The notes: generated by a model from the letters alone, not told the origin. 64,000 bases of DNA from Nanobdellota archaeon (GCA_038045705.1 JBBSXO010000003.1:128001-192000), one strand, 5' to 3'; counted from the stretch's first letter, positions 1 to 9,672 are shown. Program-made: numbers and translations.

Positions 1-318
1 AGTTCTGCAAGCTCCAGCTGGTGCTGGTTGCGTTTCAGGCCCTACATTATCAGTACAAAGTTGCCTCTCTTCTATTTCTAATCTATATTTGTCAAGGATT
101 ACTTCTGCTTGTTCCTTAGTACTATCTTCTGTAAATGAAAAAACAATATACCCTTGCTGAATATTAGGATTATCAAAGGTTTCTAACATTGTATTAATAG
201 TTCCAGATCTTTCGCTTGATTCATCTTCTTGAGTAGAATAATTAATTGATAAAAGCGTAATTAATGCAACCAATGCAATTACTAAAATCCCTAAACCTAT
301 TTTTAGAAGTTTACTCAT
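1..318 (-). CDS. Hypothetical membrane-anchored/secreted protein, truncated by the window edge
   Basis: Manual translation from ATG 318: MSKLLKIGLGILVIALVALITLLSINYSTQ..., open to position 1. N-terminal hydrophobic helix; TATA-like element upstream. Confidence 0.7.
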   Translation of the reverse strand, partial: MSKLLKIGLGILVIALVALITLLSINYSTQEDESSERSGTINTMLETFDNPNIQQGYIVFSFTEDSTKEQAEVILDKYRLEIEERQLCTDNVGPETQPAPAGACRT

Positions 319-591
319 TTTATTATTAATTTTGATTTATTTATATATTCATCTAATATTAAAAATCTAAGATAAACTATAGATATAGTTTGGTGCGCAT
401 GAAATTAGTCAAAATTTATTTCTTCTTCAGTTTTTGGGATATTCTCTTCATGTTCTCTTACAATTTTATAGAGTGCAACTATCTCCTTATCTGTAAAAAT
501 CATATTAGTGATAGATTCGTTTAATATAAAATTCTTTTGGTTTTACATTTTACTAGAAATTTTGTACTTAATTTTTTCATATTCTATCTCA

Positions 592-657
592 CTATAATCC
601 ACTTTTTAACCAAATGTCAATTATCTTTTCTCTTGTTTCAACTTCGCTTAAACCCAC
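592..657 (-). pseudogene. Possible remnant of a type I restriction HsdR N-terminus
   Basis: GTG-started 21-aa MGLSEVETREKIIDIWLKSGL* resembles the SE.xTRxxxIDxxLxxxG start of HsdR proteins; TATA about 22 nt upstream; stops immediately. Confidence 0.3.
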
Positions 658-757
658 ATCTTAAAGAAGCTTAGAAACTATTTAAAACTAGTCCCAGAGA
701 GCATAATTCGCGAGTCGCACTGAGAAGGCTACAAGAGCATTTTCCAGGGAGACTAAT

Positions 758-1234
758 TTATTCAGGAACTACTATCTTGTCTACAAAGAATTCTGCTGGA
801 CCGTAGATTAAGTGTCCTGCTTTCTTGCAAGCGTCAGCATACTTTCTCCACTCAAACGGTCCTTTTCCATCTACCGCATCTTTTGCAGATCTATTTACAT
901 CAACTGCTAAGTCATCTATACTTTTAACGACTTCAAATCTTAGTCCTCTTTTAACTAAATCTCCAAGTTTATCTTCAAATTCAGCTTTTGTTATTGTTTG
1001 TAAGTCAATCCCATGATCTCCCAAATAAGATCTTATAATTAAACCAAAAAGAGGTGTTTTACTTTTGACATATTGTGGCTCTAAAGTCATTTTTCTTATC
1101 CAATCTTCTGTTTCCCTTATTACCAAAGGGTTACCTTTAAACATCATATAAGTACTATGAATGTAATTAGCTAACGGAAACCAATCATTCCATCTATGTT
1201 TGCTTTCTCCAAATTCATATTCGCTGTCTAACAT
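758..1234 (-). CDS. Hypothetical protein
   Basis: 158-aa ORF with upstream TTTAAATA box; no recognisable motif. Confidence 0.7.
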   Translation of the reverse strand: MLDSEYEFGESKHRWNDWFPLANYIHSTYMMFKGNPLVIRETEDWIRKMTLEPQYVKSKTPLFGLIIRSYLGDHGIDLQTITKAEFEDKLGDLVKRGLRFEVVKSIDDLAVDVNRSAKDAVDGKGPFEWRKYADACKKAGHLIYGPAEFFVDKIVVPE

Positions 1235-1365
1235 AGTTCTCCCACAAAATAAGGCTATTTAAATTTAACTAATAAGTAGTTACATGTGCTTCCTCAAGAC
1301 ATTTGTCACCCCCTATCAAAATGATGAGTAACCAATTTATTCATAGGCTGTAAAAACAATTATTA

Positions 1366-2436
1366 TTACCTTTTTGCTTCAGCCAATAATTCATCCATTA
1401 ATCCATCACAAAGTTGAGTATAATAGTACTGATCAAAATGAACAACTGAATCATGAGAATGTATAACATCCCAAAATTTCTCTTTAATACTTATTAAAAA
1501 GTCTCTAAGATCTTTAGCATTTGTAAAGAACATCATAAGTGATAAATCCCATGTACCTATTTGTTCTATTAAAGAGTAAAAGCGTTCATCATTGTAGAGA
1601 TATGTCAAAAAGTCTTCTTTTCTTTTATGAGATATATTTCTAAATTTTATCATTACGGTAGTGTATTGGTAATCAAGTAGATGGTAATTTAGACGAAGAA
1701 TAAATTCTTTAATAATTCCAGCTTTAATTAGGTTTTTTATCCTATAGTTTACTGCATCTCTGGAAAGATTTAATTTTTTTCCTAGATCTGTAAGGGAGAT
1801 GCGTGAATCTTCGTGTAGGTTTTTTAGTAGGATAATATCCTTTTCATCCAATTCAACTTCTTTCTTTTGTTTTGCATTAAATTCAGAGGTATAAGGGAAA
1901 TTTAATTTAGATCCATATTCACTTTTCTTTTTCATATTTCTAATATATTTTTGGCTTTTATGTATAAAGTTTTTTACTGTAGCTACCATAAAATCATTAA
2001 GATATTCTTTAATTGGAGAAAGAATGCTCTCTAAGATTGAGTCGTAGTTTTCTTCATATAATGTTTCAAACATCAAAATTATCTCCCATTTCCCACCTGT
2101 TTCTATGACCCAATTAACATATTTGTTTTTTAAAAAGTCCTCGATAATTAGTTTCATTTTATCTTGAGATAAAGAATGAAATTGGAGGTATAGAACATAT
2201 CTATGTGCTCCTAAAAGTTTTGGATCTATAACTGTGAAAACATCAGTTATTATCTTATTTTTCCTAAGATTATTATATCTATAATTGATTACCTCTGTAC
2301 TGGTTCTTAATAAGTCAGCTATTTGAGATAAAGGAGTTCTACTATTAACTGTTAAGATATTAACAATTTCCCTATCTTTATTAGTTAACTCTATTTTTTT
2401 ATGTTCTTCAGCAATTATTTCGCCAGTTTTCCTCAT
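1366..2436 (-). CDS. Tandem-duplicated Lrp/AsnC family transcriptional regulator
   Basis: Two HTH_AsnC + RAM units (DREIVNILTVNSRTPLSQIA...; DEKDIILLKNLHEDSRISLTDLGKKLNLSRDAVNYRI...G.WD). Confidence 0.9.
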   Translation of the reverse strand: MRKTGEIIAEEHKKIELTNKDREIVNILTVNSRTPLSQIADLLRTSTEVINYRYNNLRKNKIITDVFTVIDPKLLGAHRYVLYLQFHSLSQDKMKLIIEDFLKNKYVNWVIETGGKWEIILMFETLYEENYDSILESILSPIKEYLNDFMVATVKNFIHKSQKYIRNMKKKSEYGSKLNFPYTSEFNAKQKKEVELDEKDIILLKNLHEDSRISLTDLGKKLNLSRDAVNYRIKNLIKAGIIKEFILRLNYHLLDYQYTTVMIKFRNISHKRKEDFLTYLYNDERFYSLIEQIGTWDLSLMMFFTNAKDLRDFLISIKEKFWDVIHSHDSVVHFDQYYYTQLCDGLMDELLAEAKR

Positions 2437-2529
2437 ATATTATATAGTGCTAAATTAGCTTATATATTTTACGCATATTTCAAGAAAGTCTATAACTAAT
2501 TTTAAATATAGCTAATTATCTCTAAATTT

Positions 2530-4083
2530 ATGAGTAAAGGTAATTTTGACCAAGCATTAGAGTCAGCAAGGCAAGAGTTAGCAACTTTTGATCTAAATGC
2601 AGTTCATGCTTTAGGGTTATCGAAAGTTCATACAGATTTACTTGGGAGTCATACAGTTGTCACTTACCCTCCCTTAGACTCTTTATCCAAAGACATTGAT
2701 TCAGACAGATTACTTCAAAAAGTTAAATTTGGACAAACAGTTAACGGCTATGCTCACGTTCCATGGTGTGAGTATCCATGCAAGTTTTGTCCGTATACCA
2801 CATTAGGAATTAAAGGACAGGGTATAGAAAGAATGCCTGAGTATTTCCAAGCATTACAAAAAGAAGTTAAAATGTGGGCAGAAAAAATGAAAAGAGATTC
2901 ATCTCAAATGGAATCTTTATATATTGGTGGAGGAACACCATTTGCAATTCCTACAAGTAAACTTGAATGGTTAGTTTCTATGCTTAGAACAGAAATTCCA
3001 TTTACAAGTAATCCTGCAATATCAGTTGAAACAACACCATTTGCAGCATTGCAACCAGATGCAAGAGATAAGTTTGGAATATTAAGAGCAAATGGCGTTA
3101 ACAGAATGAGTATGGGTGTCCAATCTTTTGATTTTCCAACTCTAAAAGATACTGCTAGAACATTTCAAGGGCATAAAGATGGAGACGAAGAAAAAGCAGT
3201 AAGAGTTCTTCTAGACTCGGAAATACCTCATATTAATATAGATATGATTCAAGATTTGCCAGAACAAGCTGGTTCTCCACTCGATCGTCTTCGTAATGAT
3301 TTGGAAACAGTAGTAAGATTACAACCACATCATATTACATGGTACAATATGCGTCTGAGACCTGAAACAACTTATGCCAGAAGAGGCACTTCATTTAAAT
3401 CTCCCGAAGAAGAAAGCTTACTCCACCGTCTAACAATTTGGAACTTTATGGAAGTAGCTGGATATCAGGTATTAGAAGGAGATAGATTCGCTAAAGGAAA
3501 AGAATACGAAGATAAATTTAGGAAAGCAAGAGGATCAGTAACGAAAGATCTTCTAGGAATGGGTGTATCTGCTTATTCGCATGTTAATGAAGTATTCTTC
3601 CAAAATCCAAGAGTAACTGGCAATAATGTTAGGTCAGATTCTAAATTAGCTACAGAACAATATGTTGAACGTCTAAGAAATGGAAATCATGCAATTACAT
3701 TTGGTTTTCCAATAGATGCTTCTGAAAGGCTAGCAGCACTTTTTGCTCTAGGATTAAAGGCAGGAGTGGATCTTGAAGAAATTGAAAACGTAGCATTTGG
3801 TCAACCTGATTGTGGAGCATATATAAGACACGTAATTAATCCAAGCGCAGATAGGTATGTTCCAGCAGGATTGTTAGAAGTAAAAGATGGAAGAATAAGA
3901 TTTACAAGATTAGGAAGGTTATTTGAGAATGAGATTTGTGCTTCATTTTATTCTCCAACAGTTGTTGCTGAAGCGAAAGCAAGAAGAGGAGAATTAGCTC
4001 CAGAACTAATGAGATTATATCAAAACTATGAAGGAACCAAGGCAATAGATAGAATGGTTATGGAACAAAAACCAACTTTATAG
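2530..4083 (+). CDS. HemN/HemW-like radical SAM protein
   Basis: HVPWCEYPCKFCPY (CxxxCxxC), YIGGGTP, RMSMGVQSFD, INIDMI, LGMGVSAYS, C-terminal LTxxG-like motif. Confidence 0.9.
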   Translation: MSKGNFDQALESARQELATFDLNAVHALGLSKVHTDLLGSHTVVTYPPLDSLSKDIDSDRLLQKVKFGQTVNGYAHVPWCEYPCKFCPYTTLGIKGQGIERMPEYFQALQKEVKMWAEKMKRDSSQMESLYIGGGTPFAIPTSKLEWLVSMLRTEIPFTSNPAISVETTPFAALQPDARDKFGILRANGVNRMSMGVQSFDFPTLKDTARTFQGHKDGDEEKAVRVLLDSEIPHINIDMIQDLPEQAGSPLDRLRNDLETVVRLQPHHITWYNMRLRPETTYARRGTSFKSPEEESLLHRLTIWNFMEVAGYQVLEGDRFAKGKEYEDKFRKARGSVTKDLLGMGVSAYSHVNEVFFQNPRVTGNNVRSDSKLATEQYVERLRNGNHAITFGFPIDASERLAALFALGLKAGVDLEEIENVAFGQPDCGAYIRHVINPSADRYVPAGLLEVKDGRIRFTRLGRLFENEICASFYSPTVVAEAKARRGELAPELMRLYQNYEGTKAIDRMVMEQKPTL

Positions 4084-4133
4084 TAATTTTATTAAAATAA
4101 TCAGTTACGCATGAAAGGATACGAAGAGGGGTA

Positions 4134-4205
4134 TGCGCCGGTCGGGAATCGAACCCGACTCTTCGACTTGGGAAGCCGAAATCTTAACCGATGGACCACC
4201 GGCGC
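4134..4205 (-). tRNA. tRNA-Gly(CCC)
   Basis: Reverse complement GCGCCGG...TCGGC-TTCCCAA-GTCGA...GGTTCGATTCC-CGACCGGCGC-A folds as a cloverleaf; CCA not encoded. Confidence 0.95.
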
Positions 4206-4255
4206 CTAAAGTTAGCAATGACAAGTCTTTTAAAAAGCTAATTACAAATTACAAT

Positions 4256-5068
4256 ATGAAAAAGAGCACAAAGAAAAATTGGAAAAGGTTCTTCAAATAT
4301 CTTTGGCTTGTAATCTGGAACATAATAAAAATCCCTTATTACATAGTAAAATTAATTTCAAAAACTCAAGATAAATTAGAACAAAAAGAAATTAAACAGA
4401 TAGTAGAAAAAAAGAGGGATTCAGTAAAAGCCATTTACCAAGATTTCAAAATATTAAATACACAGAACGGAAATTACAAAGAATATGAAAAATATATCTC
4501 GAGTGATAAAAGCAAGATAGGAATAATTCTAGGTGCTAGAGGCACAGGTAAAACAGCAATTGGAATTAAAATATTAGAAAACATTTACGCAAAGAGCAAA
4601 AGAAAGTTATATGCTATAGGTTTCAAAAAAGAAGACATGCCTTCATGGATTGAAGTAATAGAAAGCATAGAAGAAATAAATAATAATTCAACAGTCCTAA
4701 TTGATGAAGGAGGAGTTTTATTCAGTTCAAGAAATGCAATGACTAAACCCAACAAACTTCTTAGCCAGTTAATTCTCATTGCAAGGCATAAAAATCTTAA
4801 CATCTTATTTATTTCTCAAAACTCATCAAACTTAGATGTAAACATACTAAGACAAGCAGACCATTTGATACTAAAGCCAACTTCCTTACTACAGGAAGAC
4901 TTTGAAAGAAAAAAAATAAAAGAGATATATGAAGAACAACAAGAAAACTTCAAAAAATATCAAAATATTAAAGGATACACATATATCTATTCAGAAGAGT
5001 TCAGAGGATTCATAGCCAACCCATTACCATCATTTTGGAGTACAAATATCAGCAAGAGCTTCAGATAA
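4256..5068 (+). CDS. Membrane-anchored Zot-like P-loop ATPase (FtsK/HerA-type superfamily)
   Basis: Walker A GARGTGKT, Walker B VLIDE, ARHKNLNILFISQ, LRQAD; N-terminal hydrophobic segment. Start moved to 4256 because the track start lies in the tRNA. Confidence 0.75.
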   Translation: MKKSTKKNWKRFFKYLWLVIWNIIKIPYYIVKLISKTQDKLEQKEIKQIVEKKRDSVKAIYQDFKILNTQNGNYKEYEKYISSDKSKIGIILGARGTGKTAIGIKILENIYAKSKRKLYAIGFKKEDMPSWIEVIESIEEINNNSTVLIDEGGVLFSSRNAMTKPNKLLSQLILIARHKNLNILFISQNSSNLDVNILRQADHLILKPTSLLQEDFERKKIKEIYEEQQENFKKYQNIKGYTYIYSEEFRGFIANPLPSFWSTNISKSFR

Positions 5069-5099
5069 GGTTTTAATATCAAATAATTATTCTATAATT

Positions 5100-6542
5100 A
5101 TGACAAAAGAAACATTCTATATTACAACCCCTATATACTATCCAAATGATATTCCACATTTGGGTCATGCATACACAACTATAGCAGCAGATGTAATGGC
5201 CAGATGGAATAAACTTCTTGGAAAAAATGTATTCTTTCTAACAGGTACAGATGAACACGGTAAAAAATTAGCAGACACAGCTACAAAAAATAAACAGAAA
5301 CCAAAAGAATTTATAGATAAATTAATACCAGAATTCAAAAAAGATTGGAAAAGCCTAAACATAGAATATGATAGATTCATAAGAACAACAGACAAAGATC
5401 ATGAGGATACAGTTCAGAAAATATTGCAAAAACTAGATGACAACGGAGATATTTACTTAGGAGAATATGAAGGGTTTTACTGTACTTCTTGTGAAGCCTA
5501 TTACACTGAAAAAGACGCCCCTAATCTAAATTGCCCTATACACGAAAAACAATTAGATAAATTAAAAGAACCGTCCTATTTCTTTAAATTATCAAAATAT
5601 GAAAAATTTTTGTTAGACCATTATAAAAAAAATCCAAATTTCATCCTGCCACAAAAAAGAGCAAATGAAGTAATAAACAGAGTAAAAGAAGGTCTAAAGG
5701 ATCTAAGTATATCAAGAACTTCTTTTGATTGGGGGATTCCTTTACCATTCAATAAAAAACACGTCACTTTCGTTTGGGTAGACGCCCTATTCAATTATTA
5801 CTCTGCAACTCAAAGTGAAAAAAAATTAAACAAATTCTGGCCAGCAGATCTTCACTTAATTGGAAAGGATATTTTATGGTTTCACACAGTTTATTGGCCA
5901 GCACTTCTAAAAGCAGTAGATTTACCCTTGCCAAAGACAGTATTTGCTCATGGATGGTGGACAGTTAATAGTAAAAAGATGGGCAAGTCTACAGGTAATG
6001 CAGTAAAAATAAATGAGCTAATTAGTATTGTAGGTGTAGATTCTGCTAGATATTTCTTACTTCGTGAAACTCCTCTAGGAGATGACGGAGATTTTTCTGA
6101 AAGCATGCTAATCGAACGTCACAACAACGAACTAGCAAACAAACTAGGTAATCTAGTAAGCAGAGTCTCAGCTCTAGCTGAAAAATATGGAATTGAAAAA
6201 ACAAAAAATAGTTTAGAAATAAAAGAAACTCTAAAACAAATAGAAGAACATTTCAATAATTACGAATTGCATAAAGTCCTAGAGAGTATTTTCACATATA
6301 TAGATAAAACAAATGAATACATACAAGAAAAGAAACCATGGGAAACAAAAGATAAAAAAGTATTATATGAGCTAGTTTTAGCAATAAAAAATATTGCAAT
6401 TCTAGTCAGTCCATTCATGCCAGACACAGCAGAGAAGATAGCTAAAACATTTAATTTCAAAATCTCTTTAGATGAGTTAGATAAAACTCTAAAGGAAAGC
6501 AAGATAGTTAAATCAGAAATTTTATTCCAAAAAATAACATGA
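5100..6542 (+). CDS. metG: Methionyl-tRNA synthetase, catalytic subunit
   Basis: ITTPIYYPN, HLGH, TGTDEHG, Zn knuckle, IGKDIL, KMGKS. Confidence 0.95.
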   Translation: MTKETFYITTPIYYPNDIPHLGHAYTTIAADVMARWNKLLGKNVFFLTGTDEHGKKLADTATKNKQKPKEFIDKLIPEFKKDWKSLNIEYDRFIRTTDKDHEDTVQKILQKLDDNGDIYLGEYEGFYCTSCEAYYTEKDAPNLNCPIHEKQLDKLKEPSYFFKLSKYEKFLLDHYKKNPNFILPQKRANEVINRVKEGLKDLSISRTSFDWGIPLPFNKKHVTFVWVDALFNYYSATQSEKKLNKFWPADLHLIGKDILWFHTVYWPALLKAVDLPLPKTVFAHGWWTVNSKKMGKSTGNAVKINELISIVGVDSARYFLLRETPLGDDGDFSESMLIERHNNELANKLGNLVSRVSALAEKYGIEKTKNSLEIKETLKQIEEHFNNYELHKVLESIFTYIDKTNEYIQEKKPWETKDKKVLYELVLAIKNIAILVSPFMPDTAEKIAKTFNFKISLDELDKTLKESKIVKSEILFQKIT

Positions 6543-6877
6543 CTGATAAAATACCCTTCACAGACTTTGAGAAAGTAGACTTGCGAGTTGGAACAATACT
6601 CGAAGTTGAGAATCATCCTAAAGCAGATAAACTTTATGTCTTAAAAGTAGATTTAGGAGAAGATAGTCCAAGAACAATAGTAGCAGGTCTAAGACCACAC
6701 TATACTCACGAAAACCTAAAAGGAAAACAAGCCATATTCGTAGTTAATCTTGAACCAGTAAATCTCAGAGGAATAGAAAGCAATGGCATGATTCTAGCAG
6801 CCTCAAACCAAGAAAAAACTAATGTCTTTTTCTTAAAACCAGATAAACAAATAGCACCAGGAAGTAAAATACACTAA
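6539..6877 (+). CDS. Free-standing tRNA-binding OB-fold protein (MetRS C-terminal / Trbp111 / CsaA-like)
   Basis: FEKVDLRVGTILEVENHPKADKLYVLKVDLG...NLEPVNLRGIESNGMILAA; ATGA overlap with metG. Confidence 0.9.
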   Translation: MTDKIPFTDFEKVDLRVGTILEVENHPKADKLYVLKVDLGEDSPRTIVAGLRPHYTHENLKGKQAIFVVNLEPVNLRGIESNGMILAASNQEKTNVFFLKPDKQIAPGSKIH

Positions 6878-6881
6878 ATTT

Positions 6882-7625
6882 TTAACCAATCAACTTCTTC
6901 CAAAACCCTGGTTCTTTATAACTAACTCCTGCAATCTTAGCAGCAATTCTTTTGTAAGCTAAAGCAGATTTTGTATATGGATACATATGAATAACAGCAT
7001 CTTTATGTCTCAAAGAAGCTAATATCTTTTTATCTTCAGGAATAACACCTAATATCGGCAAATCAAGCATTTCCTTAATATTAGAAATAGACATCTCATG
7101 AGTATTTCCAGAGACTCTAGTAACTATAACTCCCCTCACTTTTTTTCCCAACTCTTGAGCTAACCTAGCAGTTTTCAAAGCATCTGTAACAGCAGTAATT
7201 TCCGGGTTAGTAACTATAACAAGTTCATCAGCAGCTTCTATCGAAGCAACAGCCTCATCTCCCAAACCAGCAGCTGAATCAAGTAAAACAAAATCAGCCA
7301 TTCCTCTAAGTTTTTTAGCAACATCAGTCAATTTACTATGATTAATTTTTCTAAGTTCTTTAACAGAAAGTGAAGAAGGAATAACCTTAGTTCCAGAATC
7401 ATGCTCATAAATAGCATCTCCTACTTTAGCTTTTCCTTGCATAACATGATTTAAATTAACAGGAACAATTGGAGCCCCAAGATGCAATCCAACATTAGGA
7501 GTAGTCAAATTAGCATCAACAATTATGACTTCTTTATTTAAAGCATTTAAAGCGGCGCCTAAATTTATAGTAGTAGTCGTCTTACCAACGCCACCTTTTC
7601 CAGATGTAACTGTTATTACTGCCAT
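6882..7625 (-). CDS. minD: MinD family ATPase
   Basis: SGKGGVGKTT deviant Walker A; C-terminal amphipathic helix GFWKKLIG. Confidence 0.9.
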   Translation of the reverse strand: MAVITVTSGKGGVGKTTTTINLGAALNALNKEVIIVDANLTTPNVGLHLGAPIVPVNLNHVMQGKAKVGDAIYEHDSGTKVIPSSLSVKELRKINHSKLTDVAKKLRGMADFVLLDSAAGLGDEAVASIEAADELVIVTNPEITAVTDALKTARLAQELGKKVRGVIVTRVSGNTHEMSISNIKEMLDLPILGVIPEDKKILASLRHKDAVIHMYPYTKSALAYKRIAAKIAGVSYKEPGFWKKLIG

Positions 7626-7656
7626 TTGAATTTAAAATCACTTTAATAAAAGACAA

Positions 7657-8082
7657 TTACTTGAGATAGCTTATAAACCTTTCTAGAATTTGCGAATATA
7701 TTGCAAGTTGTTCGAGGTTAATATTAACAATTTTAGTTTTGTAAGTAACTCTTAAATTAACTCCTTTTCGAAATTCACTTTCTCTCATTTTCTCAAGGTT
7801 TTCAATGTCTCTAAAAAATTCATACAAATCAAGTGCTTCAATGATAACTGGTTCGTTAGCATAAATTTTCCTCAACTGAATAACCTTGGCTCTAGGCGCA
7901 TCAGGTACCGGTTTCCAAGACTTCCCAGCCTTTTTAATTAAAAAACCAAAAGAAGTATCAACCATAATTTTCCATCTGGAAAGTAAATTCAAAATAACAT
8001 CACAAGTCTTTGTATATTTTAAGCTAACATAAAGTAAATGGTCTGCGCTAATTTTCTCCTTAATAATATCTTCAATCAACAT
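7657..8082 (-). CDS. Hypothetical protein
   Basis: Compact ORF with ADHLLYVSLKYTKT motif; function unknown. Confidence 0.75.
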   Translation of the reverse strand: MLIEDIIKEKISADHLLYVSLKYTKTCDVILNLLSRWKIMVDTSFGFLIKKAGKSWKPVPDAPRAKVIQLRKIYANEPVIIEALDLYEFFRDIENLEKMRESEFRKGVNLRVTYKTKIVNINLEQLAIYSQILERFISYLK

Positions 8083-8162
8083 AAATAGCAATTCCTAAGG
8101 ACAAGACTATGTTAAAAGTTCTTTTTATACCTTTCTACTTATAAACTTTATAAAGGGATATA

Positions 8163-8495
8163 TCACTCAGAAGAAAGTTCAATTATTGTTTGAGCTATAT
8201 CCCCCTCATTCCTTTCAAGAGCACTCTTTGATCCATCATAATCTTTTCCAGTTTTTTCCATAATTAAACGAATATCTTCTTCGGAAATACCTATCTCCTC
8301 TTCATTAGCCTCTCCAGATATTTGCCATGTTTGTTGACCTTGCATAGTTACTTTAACAACAGAAGGATTTTCAATCACAATCTTAGATCCATCATTTTTC
8401 TCAATAACAACACGAGAAGCATCAACTTCATCTTGTTTAATACCCATCTGCTTCATCATAGCTTGCATCTTCTTAGGGTCAATTCCGCCAAACAT
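8163..8495 (-). CDS. nac: Nascent polypeptide-associated complex protein
   Basis: DPKKMQAMMKQMGI..., NAC domain plus C-terminal UBA-like domain. Confidence 0.95.
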   Translation of the reverse strand: MFGGIDPKKMQAMMKQMGIKQDEVDASRVVIEKNDGSKIVIENPSVVKVTMQGQQTWQISGEANEEEIGISEEDIRLIMEKTGKDYDGSKSALERNEGDIAQTIIELSSE

Positions 8496-8516
8496 GTTCC
8501 AAAATCACAAACAAAC

Positions 8517-9119
8517 CTATTTATAGGTTTCTAAAAAATCAGCAAGAGCATTCCCAATCAATGTGGGGGGAAATGAAGGAGCATCAATTCCAAGAGTATT
8601 AACTTCTTTAGGAGAAAGAGGCACATGAACAAAAACAGTTTTAGAATTTAGATTTTTATCAGAAACTAATTTTAAACATCTAAAATAAGCATTATTACAG
8701 ATATAAGTTCCAGCAAAAAAAGATAAATCGCAAGGTATATCCAATTTCTTCAAATGGTTTACTAACATTTCACAATTAAATTTGGTTTTAATAGCGTCAG
8801 CTCCAGAGATTATTTTTTTATTAGTAAAAATCTTTCCCTTCTCATCACCCCTAGGTTCATGAATTACATTTAAAGCAATACTTTCAACAGTAATTTTGTT
8901 TCTTTTAGAAGCACCTAAACCTAATATAAAATAAGGTTCAAATTCTAAAATCACTTTTTCTAAATTTCTCTCAAATCCATAATCAACTGAAAAGATCTCA
9001 AGTCTTATATTGATTCCATTTTTGCCTTTAAGAGAGTCATAAATAATTTTTCCAACTTCAGCAGATGGATTAGTATTCAGTTTATCAAATTTCTTGAAAG
9101 CATAAACTAAAATCTTCAT
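8517..9119 (-). CDS. pcp: Pyroglutamyl-peptidase I (C15)
   Basis: TNPS, ITVESIALN, AGTYICN, FVHVP (Glu-Cys-His triad). Confidence 0.9.
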   Translation of the reverse strand: MKILVYAFKKFDKLNTNPSAEVGKIIYDSLKGKNGINIRLEIFSVDYGFERNLEKVILEFEPYFILGLGASKRNKITVESIALNVIHEPRGDEKGKIFTNKKIISGADAIKTKFNCEMLVNHLKKLDIPCDLSFFAGTYICNNAYFRCLKLVSDKNLNSKTVFVHVPLSPKEVNTLGIDAPSFPPTLIGNALADFLETYK

Positions 9120-9163
9120 AAATTCCAACAAAAAGTTATATTAATATAACTTCCTATTACCCT

Positions 9164-9376
9164 TCACTTCTTCATAGGTAAAATAACCTTAGTCCCACAC
9201 TCTGAACAAAACTTAACATTATCTTGCAAAACTATTTGACATCCAGAACATCTAACAGGTTCAACCTTTCTTTCAATTACTGTCTTATAGCCTTTCTTTC
9301 CAGATAGTAAAAAACCAAAAGCCTCTGCAACAGCATCACTATTCATCTGATCACGCAAATCTCTTCCACTAGTCAT
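9164..9376 (-). CDS. Small zinc-ribbon protein
   Basis: CSGC...FCSECG; SD-like GGTGAT upstream. Confidence 0.75.
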   Translation of the reverse strand: MTSGRDLRDQMNSDAVAEAFGFLLSGKKGYKTVIERKVEPVRCSGCQIVLQDNVKFCSECGTKVILPMKK

Positions 9377-9504
9377 TATAAATCACCTGCACAACGAAAA
9401 AACAATTCATTATTTAAACTTTGTTCAAGAATTATACAAAGTTTATGCTTGACAACATCAGTTGGCATTGTTTAAACTTTATTCCAAATTATCATCGAGC
9501 TCAA

Positions 9505-9672
9505 TTAAACAATCGGCCAAAAGACTTTTAAAACAATTACAAAAGAAATAACTGCAACTAGAAAAGCAACAACTGCTCTTGGAGAGATCATAAACTTACT
9601 AGAATACTCAGAATCATAGCGCATTATTCCACCAAATGCTCCAGGCATTTGTATTTGATTTTGTTGAGCCAT
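9505..9672 (-). CDS. secG: Preprotein translocase subunit Sec61-beta (archaeal SecG); not in ORF track
   Basis: Manual translation MAQQNQIQMPGAFGGIMRYDSEYSSKFMISPRAVVAFLVAVISFVIVLKVFWPIV (55 aa): G(L/I)xRY(F/D)xE...I.P motif plus one TM helix. Confidence 0.9.
   Translation of the reverse strand: MAQQNQIQMPGAFGGIMRYDSEYSSKFMISPRAVVAFLVAVISFVIVLKVFWPIV

Noticed and set aside
690-753. GC-richer stretch as a possible ncRNA
   Set aside because: No convincing stem or family motif could be folded by eye.
4133-4255. N-terminal 41 aa of track ORF 4133-5068
   Set aside because: Overlaps tRNA-Gly on the opposite strand; ATG 4256 has a properly spaced TATA box.
4084-5099. Provirus integrated at tRNA-Gly
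   Set aside because: No integrase, att duplication or structural genes; housekeeping metG follows directly.
9376-9468. 30-aa minus-strand ORF upstream of the zinc-ribbon gene
   Set aside because: Spans promoter and SD elements with no coding signature.
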